A stretch of 64,000 bases of DNA from an uncultured Alphaproteobacteria bacterium (lineage in GTDB: Bacteria; Pseudomonadota; Alphaproteobacteria; Rhizobiales; Hyphomicrobiaceae), in assembly GCA_963831185.1 (NCBI GenBank), contig CAWHPE010000008.1:13642-77641 (forward strand), in the 5' to 3' direction. The stretch's first letter is position 1. Every line of letters starts with the position of its first letter. Of this stretch, positions 27,577 through 37,769 are shown piece after piece. A model generated the notes under the pieces. It saw nothing but the letters and a program-made list of their open reading frames with translations, was not told the origin of the DNA and ran no database searches. A program made the position numbers and the translations under genes.

Positions 27577-30148
27577 ATGAGCAAAGCCGCGCAAATCCCT
27601 GCCTCCGCTAGTGATGCGATCTTGACAGGTTACACATCCGACGCGCGTCAGCGTTACGACGAAATGCTCGATGATACAGGTACAGTCCGGCCTCACTGGC
27701 GCAGGCTGATGGCCGAGCTCAACGGATTATCCGCTGCCGAGCGCAATGAACGCGCGATAAAAATAGATCGCCGGGTGCGCGATATCGGCATCGCCTACGA
27801 CATCTTTGCTGATCCGGCAAAGCCCTCGCAGCAATGGCAACTCGACTTGGTTCCGGTTGTTATTTCAAATGCGGAATGGCGCTGGCTTGAAGCCGCCGTG
27901 ATACAACGTGCGCGCCTATTCGATGCAGTTTTGCAGGATGTTTACGGCGAGCAGGCGTTGTTGCGGAACGGGCTGCTGCCGCCAGAACTTATCTTCTCCG
28001 ATAGCGCCTATTTGTCACCAAGCAAGGGCATCCTGCCACGCGCTGGCGGTCTGCAGTTCTATGCGGCTGATATTGCGCGCGGCGAGGATGGGCGCTGGCG
28101 CGTCATCGACAATCACACCGAAACTTTGGCCGGTATCGGCTTTGCGCTTGCAAATCGTGTCGCCCACACTCATGTGGCCGGCGATATCTTCAAGAGCTGC
28201 AATGGCATTCGTCTCGCGGCACACTTCAATACTGTGCAGAGTGCTCTTATTCGCCACAGCGGACGGGAAAACGCACGCATCGCACTTCTGACACCTGGCC
28301 CCTGGCATGAGGACTACTTCTCCCACGCCTACGTCGCGCGCTATCTCGGATACCTGCTTGTCGAAGGCAATGATCTACGTACGCGCGGCAATCAGGTCTA
28401 TCTAAAGACGCTCGAAGGTTTGAAGGAAATCGACCTGATCGTGCGCTGTGTAGACGGCCGCGTGATTGATCCACTCGAACTTGATCCCGCCGCGTTTCAA
28501 GGGCCAGCCGGACTCATGCGCGTCGTGCGCAATTCTCCACGCATCGTGGTCAACCCTATTGGTTCGGCGATTGCTCAAAATCGTGGGCTGGGACGCTACA
28601 TTGAAGCTGCCGCTCAATCGCTAATTGGTGAGGAATTGCTGTTGCCGGATGCCCGACGCCGTTGGCTCGGTGACGCGGAGCGAGCGCGCGCATGTCCTGA
28701 CGCGACTGGATAGTTTTGTCATTCGTAAGACGCAGGAAGGCACCGGGCGACCGGGACAAGCCGCACTTGGTCAAAGCACAAAATCGCTATCGGACCAGGA
28801 ACTTGAGCTTCTGCGGCGCGAGATCGAGCTGCATGGAGCAAGCCTGGTTGCCGAAGAGAAGATCGGCTTCTCTGTCGCGCCCGCGTTCGAGGGTGGTCAA
28901 CTGCAGCCACGGCCGTTCGCGATCAGGCTGTTCGCGGCGCGAACAACCGATGGCTTTAGCGTAATGCCCGGTGGCCTAGCGATGACGGTCGATCCCGATC
29001 GCGCAGTCGCACTCAGCGCCCCGGACGGACACACGCGAGATGTCTGGATCGCGGGCGAGACAGAGCAAGCCCCCCATGTGAGCCTTTGGCATCCGACACT
29101 TGCGTCGGCCCGTGTGCAACGGTCGCAGCGCGTTATTCAAAGCCGCGTCGCCGATGATCTTTATTGGATTGGCCGCTACAGCGAACGTGCCGATTGGACA
29201 ATGCGCGTTCTGCGCAGCGCGCTGCGCAGGATAGAAACGGACAGCGGCCCTGCGACCGGCCGGAGGTCAGCGGCGCGATGCCTTGAGGTGTTGCTGAGCA
29301 ATGACAAAAGCATAAAGGCTTCTGGTCGCGTTGAGACGGCCCGTGACATCGATATCGAACAGCTTTGCATCAATCTCGTCTCCAGTCCGCAAGCGACGCG
29401 TGCGCTCGGCCGGACGCTGGAGAATCTGTACCGCGTGGCCCATCTGGTCAGAGACCGGCTCTCTCTGGAAGCGTGGCAAACGCTGTCTCGCTTCCGTCCT
29501 GGCGATACGTGGGTCACTGCTTTGATGAAGGCATCACCGGTCGTGATGCTCGATTTATTGGATGAAGGCTTGCAATCGATCGCAGCATTCAATGGGCTGA
29601 TGCATGAAAACATGACACGAAACTTCGGCTGGTCGTTCCTCGATATGGGGCGGCGGCTCGAGCGCGCCTACAACTTGAGTGAAGCCATCGCGGCAATGTT
29701 CATTCCGTCACCTGAGCCCGACCAGGAACGCACGAGCCTGCTGTTGTTGCTAGAGCTGGCAGACAGTTTCATCACTTATCGCTCGCGCTATCGACTGGAT
29801 CCGATCTTGCCCTTGGTGCTCGATCTGTTGTTGCTTGACGAGGCGAACCCTCGCAGCCTGTCGTTCCAACTTGCAGCTATTGCTGACCAGTTAGAGACAC
29901 TGCCAGATGCCAAGGCCAGCGCGGGACTAGCCGAAGATCGCCGCTTGATTTTGTCCCTCCAAACCGCCATCCGCCTCGCGGATGTCGAAGCCATCGCGCG
30001 CGAAGAAAAAGGTGAGGCGCTCGAACGTCTGATGCAAGAGCAATTAAAGTTGCTGCCTGAGTTGTCGAATGCTGTTGCACGGCACTATTTTAATCTGAGT
30101 AGCGATGCGCCCCATCGTGCGTCGACACGCAGTGAGCCGTCGCCATGA
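27577..30148 (+). pseudogene. Circularly permuted type-2 ATP-grasp domain fused to an alpha-E domain, frameshifted
   Basis: The ATP-grasp body runs in the frame of 27577 up to ..WLGDAER. It continues as ERAHVLTRLDSFVIRK..VMPGGLAM in another frame, then into the alpha-E domain (SRVADDLYWIGRYSERAD..). The frames switch inside a GCGCGCGC run at ~28690-28700. Confidence 0.75.
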
Positions 30149-31059
30149 TGTTCGAAGTCAGCCACAAGACGCTTTATCGCTATGCATCACCGGTCGTTCA
30201 GTCTCAGCATCGGCTGCATATGTCGCCACGCAGCGTCGAACGGCAGAAGGTGCAGCATCATAGTCTGCTGATCGAGCCCGCCCCGACATTACGCCATGAC
30301 GGTGTCGATGCGTTCGGCAATCCAGTGCTCACCATCGAGATGGAAATTCCACATCGAGAACTCGTTATCCATGCACGCAGCACAATCGAAACGATGCCAG
30401 CAGCAGAGATTGACTTGGAATCGTCCGTCGCTTGGGATCATCTCGATGTGGCCCTCGCAGAGTGCGGGCCGTCGGTCGCGCTCGATGTGTATCAATTTCG
30501 CTGCACGTCGCGCATGACGAAGGCAAGCCTCGCGATGGCGGACTATGCGCGAGTATCATTTCCTCCCGGCCGTCCCGTATTGGTTGCCACAATGGATCTC
30601 GTTCGCCGCGTCTTTCGCGAGTTTAAGTTCGATCCGACTGCCACCGACATCGCAACACCGCTGCAGCAGGTCTTTGAACAGCGCCGTGGTGTATGCCAGG
30701 ATTTTTCGCATTTTGTGCTCGCCTGCTTACGCGCCATGCGCGTGCCAGCGCGCTATGTCAGCGGGTATATCCTCACCCGCCCACCGCCAGGACAGCCTAA
30801 GCTTGTCGGTGCCGACGCCTCTCACGCCTGGATTTCCGTTTGGACGCCGGTCGACGGTTGGGTGGATTTTGACCCCACAAATGGCATTCGCGTTGGCGAA
30901 GAACACGTAACAATTGCTACCGGACGCGACTATGATGACGTGAGCCCGATTGTCGGCGTTTTGCTCGGCGGGGGCGACCATAGTGTTCACGTTGCGGTCG
31001 ACATGAACGAAATCCCACTAGCGGGAAAGCACGAAGGAATACGGCCGTCGCGGTCATGA
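30145..31059 (+). CDS. Transglutaminase-family protein (cysteine protease-like fold with N-terminal Bact_transglu_N region)
   Basis: Catalytic contexts GVCQDFSH, ASHAWISVW and VDFDPTNG. ATGA overlap with the upstream gene. Confidence 0.8.
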   Translation: MMFEVSHKTLYRYASPVVQSQHRLHMSPRSVERQKVQHHSLLIEPAPTLRHDGVDAFGNPVLTIEMEIPHRELVIHARSTIETMPAAEIDLESSVAWDHLDVALAECGPSVALDVYQFRCTSRMTKASLAMADYARVSFPPGRPVLVATMDLVRRVFREFKFDPTATDIATPLQQVFEQRRGVCQDFSHFVLACLRAMRVPARYVSGYILTRPPPGQPKLVGADASHAWISVWTPVDGWVDFDPTNGIRVGEEHVTIATGRDYDDVSPIVGVLLGGGDHSVHVAVDMNEIPLAGKHEGIRPSRS

Positions 31060-31098
31060 GCGTGACGCAGGAACGATGCCCTAAACCGGTGGTCAAAA

Positions 31099-31680
31099 AT
31101 GACTGACAGTGCGCGCCCCAGTGACGGCGGCCCCAAGATCTCTGGACTGGAAGCACTGCTCAAAGCACAGCAGAGCGGTAAAAGCCCGCCACCCGTCGAA
31201 AAATGGAACCCGCCCTATTGCGGTGATATCGGGATGGAAATCCGCGCCGATGGAACGTGGTTCTATCAGAAAACACCAATCGGCCGGATGCCCCTGGTCA
31301 AGTTATTTGCCAGCGTCCTGCGCAAGGATGAGGACGGCCGGCATTATTTGGTGACGCCCGTTGAAAAAGTGGACGTGGCTGTGGCCGATGCACCCTTTCT
31401 TGCCGTCGAGATGGAAGTCAGAGGAACCAACGAGCAGCAAACGCTGGTTTTTCGGACGAACGTCGATGATATCGTGACGTGCGGTCCCGAAAATCCTCTG
31501 CGGTTTGCAATGGAGGCGTCAAGCGGTGGTCTAAAGCCCTACCTTTTGGTGCGCGGCCGGCTGGAGGCGCTTGTAACACGCGCCCTTTACTATGATCTGG
31601 TTGAACTTGCACAAGAAGCCTCAGACGGTTCCCTTGCCCTCATCAGCAACGGGGCAATGTTCCCCCTTAGCGCAGCGTGA
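31099..31680 (+). CDS. DUF1285 domain-containing protein
   Basis: MEIRADGTWFYQKTPIGRMPLVKLFASVLRKDEDGRHYLVTPVEK pattern. Conserved synteny with the following Nudix gene. Confidence 0.7.
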   Translation: MTDSARPSDGGPKISGLEALLKAQQSGKSPPPVEKWNPPYCGDIGMEIRADGTWFYQKTPIGRMPLVKLFASVLRKDEDGRHYLVTPVEKVDVAVADAPFLAVEMEVRGTNEQQTLVFRTNVDDIVTCGPENPLRFAMEASSGGLKPYLLVRGRLEALVTRALYYDLVELAQEASDGSLALISNGAMFPLSAA

Positions 31681-31692
31681 TATGTTAGGCTC

Positions 31693-32385
31693 ATGAGCAA
31701 TAGAACGCCCTACCAAGCCGTACTCGACCAGCAGCTCTTCGCGGAGGATGTTTTCCGGCATCGTGCGCGTGCAGGCCTGCATGCCGAACCGGCCTCCGAT
31801 ACCATCTTCGATCCACGCACCGGCCGGGCGCGGCAGCGGTCAGACTGGGACTTAAACCCTGAACTCGCCGCCGATCTTGCTGCGATGGAGGCCCCGCGGC
31901 CTGCAGCGGTCCTTGTGCCTATTGTCGTCCGCGACGAGCTCACAGTCCTTCTCACTCAACGCACCGAGACCTTGAACAAGCATGCCGGACAGATATCGTT
32001 TCCCGGCGGCCGCATTGATGGCGCTCATGAAACCCCGCTTGAAGCCGCGTTGCGCGAAGCCGACGAAGAAATCGGGTTGGGTAAAGAACACGTCGAACCG
32101 CTGGGCTATCTCGACGGTTATCGCACGGGCACCGGGTTCCACATTACACCGGTGGTCGCTCTGGTGCGGCCGAATTTCTCGCTGACGTTACACGAAGGCG
32201 AGGTCGCTGAAGCCTTCGAGGTCCCGCTGGCGTTCTTGATGTCGCCAGGCAACCACCAACAACATGCACGCGAGTGGCGCGGCCGGCATCGGCAGTTCTG
32301 GGCAATTCCCTACGGTGAACGCTATATTTGGGGCGCCACCGCAGGCATGCTCAAGAACCTGCACGAGAGGCTTTACGCGCTATGA
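31693..32385 (+). CDS. CoA pyrophosphatase (Nudix hydrolase)
   Basis: Nudix box GGRIDGAHETPLEAALREADEEIGL preceded by the CoA-type motif LLTQRTETLNKHAGQISFPGG. Confidence 0.85.
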   Translation: MSNRTPYQAVLDQQLFAEDVFRHRARAGLHAEPASDTIFDPRTGRARQRSDWDLNPELAADLAAMEAPRPAAVLVPIVVRDELTVLLTQRTETLNKHAGQISFPGGRIDGAHETPLEAALREADEEIGLGKEHVEPLGYLDGYRTGTGFHITPVVALVRPNFSLTLHEGEVAEAFEVPLAFLMSPGNHQQHAREWRGRHRQFWAIPYGERYIWGATAGMLKNLHERLYAL

Positions 32386-32669
32386 TCCGCATCGTGCTTG
32401 AGAATGTCTTGCTGTTCTTTATTCCGACAGCAGTCTATCTGGCCTATGTCTTCTTCTCCACGAATGTGGCGGACGAGAATGGAGGATCACGTCCGACGTT
32501 TTTTGGCGCGTTGGAAGATGCGCCGATCGTTTGGCTGATTGCCGCAGGCGTGGCGCTTGTGGGCATAACGATGGCGATATTCGGTGTCCGGCAAGAGGCC
32601 AGCATCGACGTGCCGTATGAGCCCGCAATCTATAAAGACGGCAAGATCATCCAGCCCGGTAAAAAATAA
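32382..32669 (+). CDS. Small membrane protein (2 TM helices), unknown function
   Basis: ATG 32382 overlaps the Nudix stop (ATGA). MIRIVLENVLLFFIPTAVYLAYVFF.. and VWLIAAGVALVGITMAIF. Confidence 0.6.
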   Translation: MIRIVLENVLLFFIPTAVYLAYVFFSTNVADENGGSRPTFFGALEDAPIVWLIAAGVALVGITMAIFGVRQEASIDVPYEPAIYKDGKIIQPGKK

Positions 32670-32699
32670 TGAGCCATCGCGAACCGAGGTGATGTGTAC

Positions 32700-33935
32700 A
32701 TGAAGTCGCTGAGCGGAGCCGCATGGCTAGCGCAACCCGAGACGCAAGCAGTGTTTCGTGCACTAAAAGATTTTGGATACGAGGCGCGTGCCGTTGGTGG
32801 TGCCGTCCGAAATTCACTTTTGGGCCGGCCTGTCTCTGACATCGATATCGCAACAACGGCCCACCCGGACGCAATCATTGCAGCGTCAAAGGCGGCGGGG
32901 CTAGCGGCTGTTGCAACTGGTATCGATCATGGCACCGTGACTGTGATCTCCAACCATATTCCGCATGAGGTCACCACCCTCAGAGAAGATGTGTCGACGG
33001 ATGGCCGCCGCGCCACAGTCGCCTTCACGACCGATTGGGCGCGTGACGCGGCCCGGCGCGATTTCACCATCAACGCGCTCTACTGCGGCGCCGACGGCAC
33101 GATTTTCGATCCACTCGGCGGTCTTGCCGACCTCGCGGTTCCGCGCGTCCGCTTCATTGGAAGTCCCGACGATCGCATCCGGGAAGATTTCCTGCGCATC
33201 CTTCGCTTTTTCAGGTTCTCAGCGGTCTATGCATCAGACGAGCTCGACGCAGACGGCCTGGCAGCGTGCGACAGAGAGCGTCGTGGCTTGCGGCAACTAT
33301 CAGCAGAACGCGTGTCCGCCGAGATGCTGAAGTTGCTGCAAGCAGAGCGGATGGTGCCTGTTCTGGGCGTCATGCATCGCCATGGCTACCTCGCCGATAT
33401 CCTTGGGGCTGCGCCGAGTATTGGCCGCCTGCAGCGGCTATGCACTCTTGAGGCTGTCAATGCGTTGCCCACAAATAGTGTGATACGTCTTGCGGCACTC
33501 GCGGTGCATACCGACGAGGGCGCGCGCGCCCTTGGCAAGCGTCTGCGGCTGTCGCGTGCCGACACGCAGCGCCTTCAGATTGCCGCGCGCGGTCTTGCGA
33601 GCAAATTCGAATTTGTAAAGCCGGAAGCGGCACTCCGCCGCTCACTCTATTTTCGCGGGCCAGAGAGCTATCGGCTAAGCCGCCTGTTCGGCTGGCTTGC
33701 CAGTAACGTCCATCCGACCGATGCAAATGCCAAAGCGTCGCTTGAATTGCCGGCGCGTTGGTCGCCGCCAACCTTGCCGTTGAGCGGTGCCGATGTTCTA
33801 GCCCTGGGCGTGCCGTCCGGTCCCGATATTGGCAGGCTCATCGAAGATCTCGAGCTGTGGTGGATTGAGCAGGATTTTCTGCCTGACCGCGACGCCTGCC
33901 TCCAGAAATTGCGGCACTTGGCGCTGGCAAGCTGA
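32700..33935 (+). CDS. cca: CCA tRNA nucleotidyltransferase (poly(A) polymerase head-domain family)
   Basis: GGAVRNSLLGRPVSDIDIATT nucleotidyltransferase motif. ATG 32700 follows GAGGTGA. Confidence 0.8.
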   Translation: MKSLSGAAWLAQPETQAVFRALKDFGYEARAVGGAVRNSLLGRPVSDIDIATTAHPDAIIAASKAAGLAAVATGIDHGTVTVISNHIPHEVTTLREDVSTDGRRATVAFTTDWARDAARRDFTINALYCGADGTIFDPLGGLADLAVPRVRFIGSPDDRIREDFLRILRFFRFSAVYASDELDADGLAACDRERRGLRQLSAERVSAEMLKLLQAERMVPVLGVMHRHGYLADILGAAPSIGRLQRLCTLEAVNALPTNSVIRLAALAVHTDEGARALGKRLRLSRADTQRLQIAARGLASKFEFVKPEAALRRSLYFRGPESYRLSRLFGWLASNVHPTDANAKASLELPARWSPPTLPLSGADVLALGVPSGPDIGRLIEDLELWWIEQDFLPDRDACLQKLRHLALAS

Positions 33936-33992
33936 GAGGCAGTTGCTGGTCAGCACTAGCCGGAGGGGGAGCCGGCCACTAGCCTAGATTCG

Positions 33993-34925
33993 ATGAACAA
34001 GCAGGCCAAACACCCTGTTGACCATGTATGGCGGCGCGTCGGCGTTCGGGGCGCTGGAGCGCGCATAACCACTGCCGCAGTGGCGACAATATGCGCGATC
34101 GCTGTCGGTCTGCTGTGGGCAGTAGCGCCAGGACCAGCCCTGGCGCGGGACGCGCTCGGCATAAGTTCCGGCCCCGAATCTCTCATTGAGCAACCGCTGC
34201 CGCCACCACGCGCTACCCACACGACACCCTGCGCCAGAGCACGGGCGCTGGCCGAGCGCCTGGGCGAGACCTTCGCGGGCTATCGCATTCGCGAAACGCT
34301 TGTCGCGCGCACCTGTGCTTTTGCTCTGCAGGACCGTGCGACGACAACACTATGGGATTGGCCCTGGCGCCTCCTGGCGCATGATGCAGCCGTTGTGCAG
34401 AACAACCCCGATGACATTAAGCTCGTGCCGCCGCTCGCCATGCGCGAGGCAGGGCTCTGGCAGATCCGCTGCGACCAGACCGAGCACAGGCGGAGATGTG
34501 CTCTGATCCGGAGTGAACCGGTGCTTCCACTGACGACGGACCGATCCACACCACGCACGCCAACTTTGCCGCCTGTCATCGCCCATGCGGTGCTTGATCG
34601 TGTAGCCGGGCGCACGACGGTCTTGTTCCGGATTTTCATTCCGCGCCAGTTCGGCGAGCAAACGTCGATTGTGGTCGAGCACGGCCAAGGTCCTGCCGCA
34701 CTTCCCGTCAACCGGTGCCGACCCATTGGCTGCTTCGTTGAAGCTGACATCTCACAAGGCTCGGAGATCGTGCGGCACTTGTGGGAGGGGCAGCCAGTGA
34801 GCGTGGGATTAAAACTCGGCACCGATCGCTTTAAGGCAATCCTCCCAGCCCTTGGGTTCCGAGATGGCGTACGTGGTCTCGTAGCGCTGGATAGCGGAGA
34901 GCAACCGCGCGCCTCCTCGCGCTAG
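33993..34925 (+). CDS. Exported/anchored hypothetical protein, C-terminal half IalB-like
   Basis: N-terminal hydrophobic segment AAVATICAIAVGLLWAV. The C-terminal W..C....C / CRPIGCFVEA pattern resembles invasion-associated locus B family proteins. Confidence 0.5.
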   Translation: MNKQAKHPVDHVWRRVGVRGAGARITTAAVATICAIAVGLLWAVAPGPALARDALGISSGPESLIEQPLPPPRATHTTPCARARALAERLGETFAGYRIRETLVARTCAFALQDRATTTLWDWPWRLLAHDAAVVQNNPDDIKLVPPLAMREAGLWQIRCDQTEHRRRCALIRSEPVLPLTTDRSTPRTPTLPPVIAHAVLDRVAGRTTVLFRIFIPRQFGEQTSIVVEHGQGPAALPVNRCRPIGCFVEADISQGSEIVRHLWEGQPVSVGLKLGTDRFKAILPALGFRDGVRGLVALDSGEQPRASSR

Positions 34926-35012
34926 GCTGTCAAGGCCTGGAAAACCGCCGCGAATATGATACCGAACATGACGAGGTTCGCGTTTTGAATGGCAGTGTGG
35001 AGTGTGAGTGTG

Positions 35013-35831
35013 ATGTTCCGCAGTCTCGTCGCGTTAGCTGCGATAGCGTATGCCTGCTCTGCGACGCCTGTGACGGCGCAAACGATCTCGAAGTCACTAA
35101 ACGGAAACGACGTTGCCAAAGGCCTGACGGCGGTGCTCTCAGGTGTGCGGCTTCACCTCCACAACCACGGCGCCCTCAAGGGGGCGACTTATCTCGCCGA
35201 CAATGCCTCGTCGATAAAGTGGCCGACGACTTTCGGCCCGGGACTGAGAACGCGGTTCTCAATTCCGGAAGTGAAGCGCGATGCACTCGGCCGACGTTAT
35301 GCCTATTATGTGAACCACCTACGATCCGAGAGCGTCTCAGTCGTCGCGGATGCTGAAACACTCACAGTAACGATAAAACTGTCATCCACCGGCCCGGCAC
35401 TGGTCGGACACTGTATCAGGCTGACCCCGCAGCCCAAACCATGTGCCAGCCTGTCCGATAGCCGCATGCCGGCTGTCGAGTGGCTCGATGCCCAGGTCGA
35501 CATTGTCCTGAAGCCCGTCCTCTTCGAACGCAGTTTGGCGTTCTCAGTTGAGAACGTCAGCGTCAGAGGGCGCTTCGACGTCGGCAATGTCTGTGACACC
35601 GCAGTGATCGGACCTCAGCTGTGCGTCTTCATTGAACGTGGCAGCCGCACCGTGAGAGCGCACGCAGAGCGTGAAATCAAAGCAGCACTTGATCAGATTT
35701 CGGTGAAACGCGAGACAGCGGCGGCGGTGCGCCGCTATCTCGACGAAACGGTAGAGGTGCCGGCATTCGGTGTCCGCCACGTCGAAATGTCCGGAGGAGT
35801 TCTAAAGGTCGCTGTCGCACTTGGCAGGTGA
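35013..35831 (+). CDS. Secreted hypothetical protein
   Basis: Signal peptide MFRSLVALAAIAYACSATPVTAQ. GGAG lies 10 nt upstream of ATG 35013. I recognise no domain. Confidence 0.6.
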   Translation: MFRSLVALAAIAYACSATPVTAQTISKSLNGNDVAKGLTAVLSGVRLHLHNHGALKGATYLADNASSIKWPTTFGPGLRTRFSIPEVKRDALGRRYAYYVNHLRSESVSVVADAETLTVTIKLSSTGPALVGHCIRLTPQPKPCASLSDSRMPAVEWLDAQVDIVLKPVLFERSLAFSVENVSVRGRFDVGNVCDTAVIGPQLCVFIERGSRTVRAHAEREIKAALDQISVKRETAAAVRRYLDETVEVPAFGVRHVEMSGGVLKVAVALGR

Positions 35832-35989
35832 GGGGATCAGCGTCTATAGCTGGTGCGACCTTTGATCGGCATTAGGCGCTCAGCTGGCGTTGCCGCGACA
35901 AATGTTTCTCATTTTTCACACTCTTGTCGCAATCCATCTCGGCGCGTAACACTCCGCGCGACCTATTTTTTCTCTGACCAAGTTAGCAA

Positions 35990-37681
35990 ATGTCCTACAA
36001 TATCAAGCATGTGTCGATGCGTGAACTGCTCACAGGCGAGCAGCGCTACGTAATGGCGCGATATCAGCGCCACTACGAATGGGGGCGCCGTGAAATGGAT
36101 CATCTCACCGGTGATATCAAAGCGGCGTTCGAGGATCATCTCGCGGCTCCGGACACGAACGTCGCGCACTTCTTCAATTGCGTTATCTTCTATCCGGATA
36201 AAGACGGCGTGTTGCAGGTTGTGGACGGGCAGCAGCGGCTGACGTCGCTGGCGCTGGTTCTCGCTGTCGCACGCGAGCAGGTGGGGCCTGGAGCCGTCGC
36301 GAGCGAGATTGACGAGCTTTTGACATTGCCAGCGCTGACGGCCGGCGGCCCGTTGCGGCAGCGGTTGACGCTGCACCGGGGTGACAACGACACTTTTGGC
36401 CCCATTGTTCTGTCAGGCAAAGGCCTTCCTGCCGCAGACGCAAAGTCCATTACTGATCGCCCAGGCGCCGATCGGATATTGAGCAACGCGGTTCTCGCTC
36501 GCAATTGGTTTGTCGACAATAAGCCGCAGGAACGCGAGTTACTCGTCCGCTTCATTGCAGATCGATGCAACTTCGTTGCCATCGAGGTCGACAGCGAGCT
36601 TGAGGCGTTCCGCATTTTTGAGACCGTCAATAGCCGTGGGCGTCCGATTTCCAGCGAAGACGTTCTGCGCTTCGCACTGGTGGAGTATGCGACCAACGAT
36701 CCTAAGAAGCGCGATGAGCTTTTTTCACGGTGGGACGAACTCGAAAGCGAGCTTGGGATCGAAGGGTTGCGTCGCTTCGTGTCAAACTGGCGTTCCCGTG
36801 CATCAGGTTCAATTCGGCCGCGCATGCCGCTCCACCGCGCCGTCTTGGACAGTTTTGAAAGCCCAGCGGCGGCCCTCGCCTTCATCGAGCGGGAGCTTGG
36901 CACCGACGTGGCGCTGTTTGCCGAAATCGACGGCGCTGATGCAGATATTGCAGATCCCGTCGCCAAAGCGCGTATCGATGTGCTGCTGCAATCACTGCGT
37001 CTCGTAAAATTTGACGACTGGGTACCAATCGCTTCAGCCACACTTGAGCGCTGGCGTAACGAGCCCGGAACGATCATTCAGGTTCTGGCCGAGCTTGAGC
37101 GCACCTGTTGGCATTTTTACCTGAATACAAATGCCAAAGGTATCGTCAACGAGCGCCGCGATGAACTGTCTGGCGCACTCAAGGTCTTGCAGGCCAAAAG
37201 TCCGTCAGAAGCGGTCATCGAGACCTTGCGTCTCGATCCGAAGCGGCTCGACAAGCTGCGCAACGTTCTCGGCGACAAGGTTGATCCGCGCTGGCCACCA
37301 CTGCGGTCGCTCGTCGTGCGCATTGAAATGGCGCTGACAAAGCAGAACGATCGCATCATTCGCGAAGAGCTTACGCTCGAGCATATACTGCCGCGCAACG
37401 CGAGCACGAAGGCGTGGCTGGCGGAGTTCAACAATGACGAAGCGCTGATGGACCGATACGCCGAGAACCCCGGTAATCTCTGCGTGTTGCCAGACGCCCT
37501 CAACAACGAACTGGGCAGTAAGACCTACGCCAACAAGCAAAAAATTATTAGGCGCTACGGCGCGCATAAAAAATATGCGCTCGCAGCAGACTTTCACGCA
37601 GAACCAAGCTGGAATGCAGCGGTCATAGAGCGCCGCGCCGAATGGATGCGCGCGACGCTACGAGAAATTTTCAATCTGTAA
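35990..37681 (+). CDS. DUF262 + DUF1524 protein (GmrSD-like type IV restriction endonuclease family)
   Basis: N-terminal ARYQRHYEWG and DGQQRLTSL (ParB-like DUF262 NTPase). C-terminal LEHILPRN and NPGNLCVLPDALNNELGSKTYANK (His-Me finger, DUF1524). Confidence 0.8.
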   Translation: MSYNIKHVSMRELLTGEQRYVMARYQRHYEWGRREMDHLTGDIKAAFEDHLAAPDTNVAHFFNCVIFYPDKDGVLQVVDGQQRLTSLALVLAVAREQVGPGAVASEIDELLTLPALTAGGPLRQRLTLHRGDNDTFGPIVLSGKGLPAADAKSITDRPGADRILSNAVLARNWFVDNKPQERELLVRFIADRCNFVAIEVDSELEAFRIFETVNSRGRPISSEDVLRFALVEYATNDPKKRDELFSRWDELESELGIEGLRRFVSNWRSRASGSIRPRMPLHRAVLDSFESPAAALAFIERELGTDVALFAEIDGADADIADPVAKARIDVLLQSLRLVKFDDWVPIASATLERWRNEPGTIIQVLAELERTCWHFYLNTNAKGIVNERRDELSGALKVLQAKSPSEAVIETLRLDPKRLDKLRNVLGDKVDPRWPPLRSLVVRIEMALTKQNDRIIREELTLEHILPRNASTKAWLAEFNNDEALMDRYAENPGNLCVLPDALNNELGSKTYANKQKIIRRYGAHKKYALAADFHAEPSWNAAVIERRAEWMRATLREIFNL

Positions 37682-37702
37682 ACGCTGTGTCACACGGAAC
37701 GC

Positions 37703-37740
37703 AAAGCAAAGGGGCGGTCGATAGACCGCCCCTTGTTGTT
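37703..37740. terminator. Bidirectional intrinsic terminator between the convergent GmrSD-like gene and clpA
   Basis: 9-bp GC stem ggggcggtc/gaccgcccc with loop gata, flanked by aaagcaaa on one side and ttgttgtt on the other. Confidence 0.7.
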
Positions 37741-37769
37741 ACGTCGTCGCTCTAAAGTGAAGCCGAATG

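Noticed and set aside
36190-37077. 295-codon ORF antisense to the DUF262-DUF1524 gene
   Set aside because: The translation is Ser/Arg-rich and low-complexity. The sense strand has the DGQQR and His-Me motifs.
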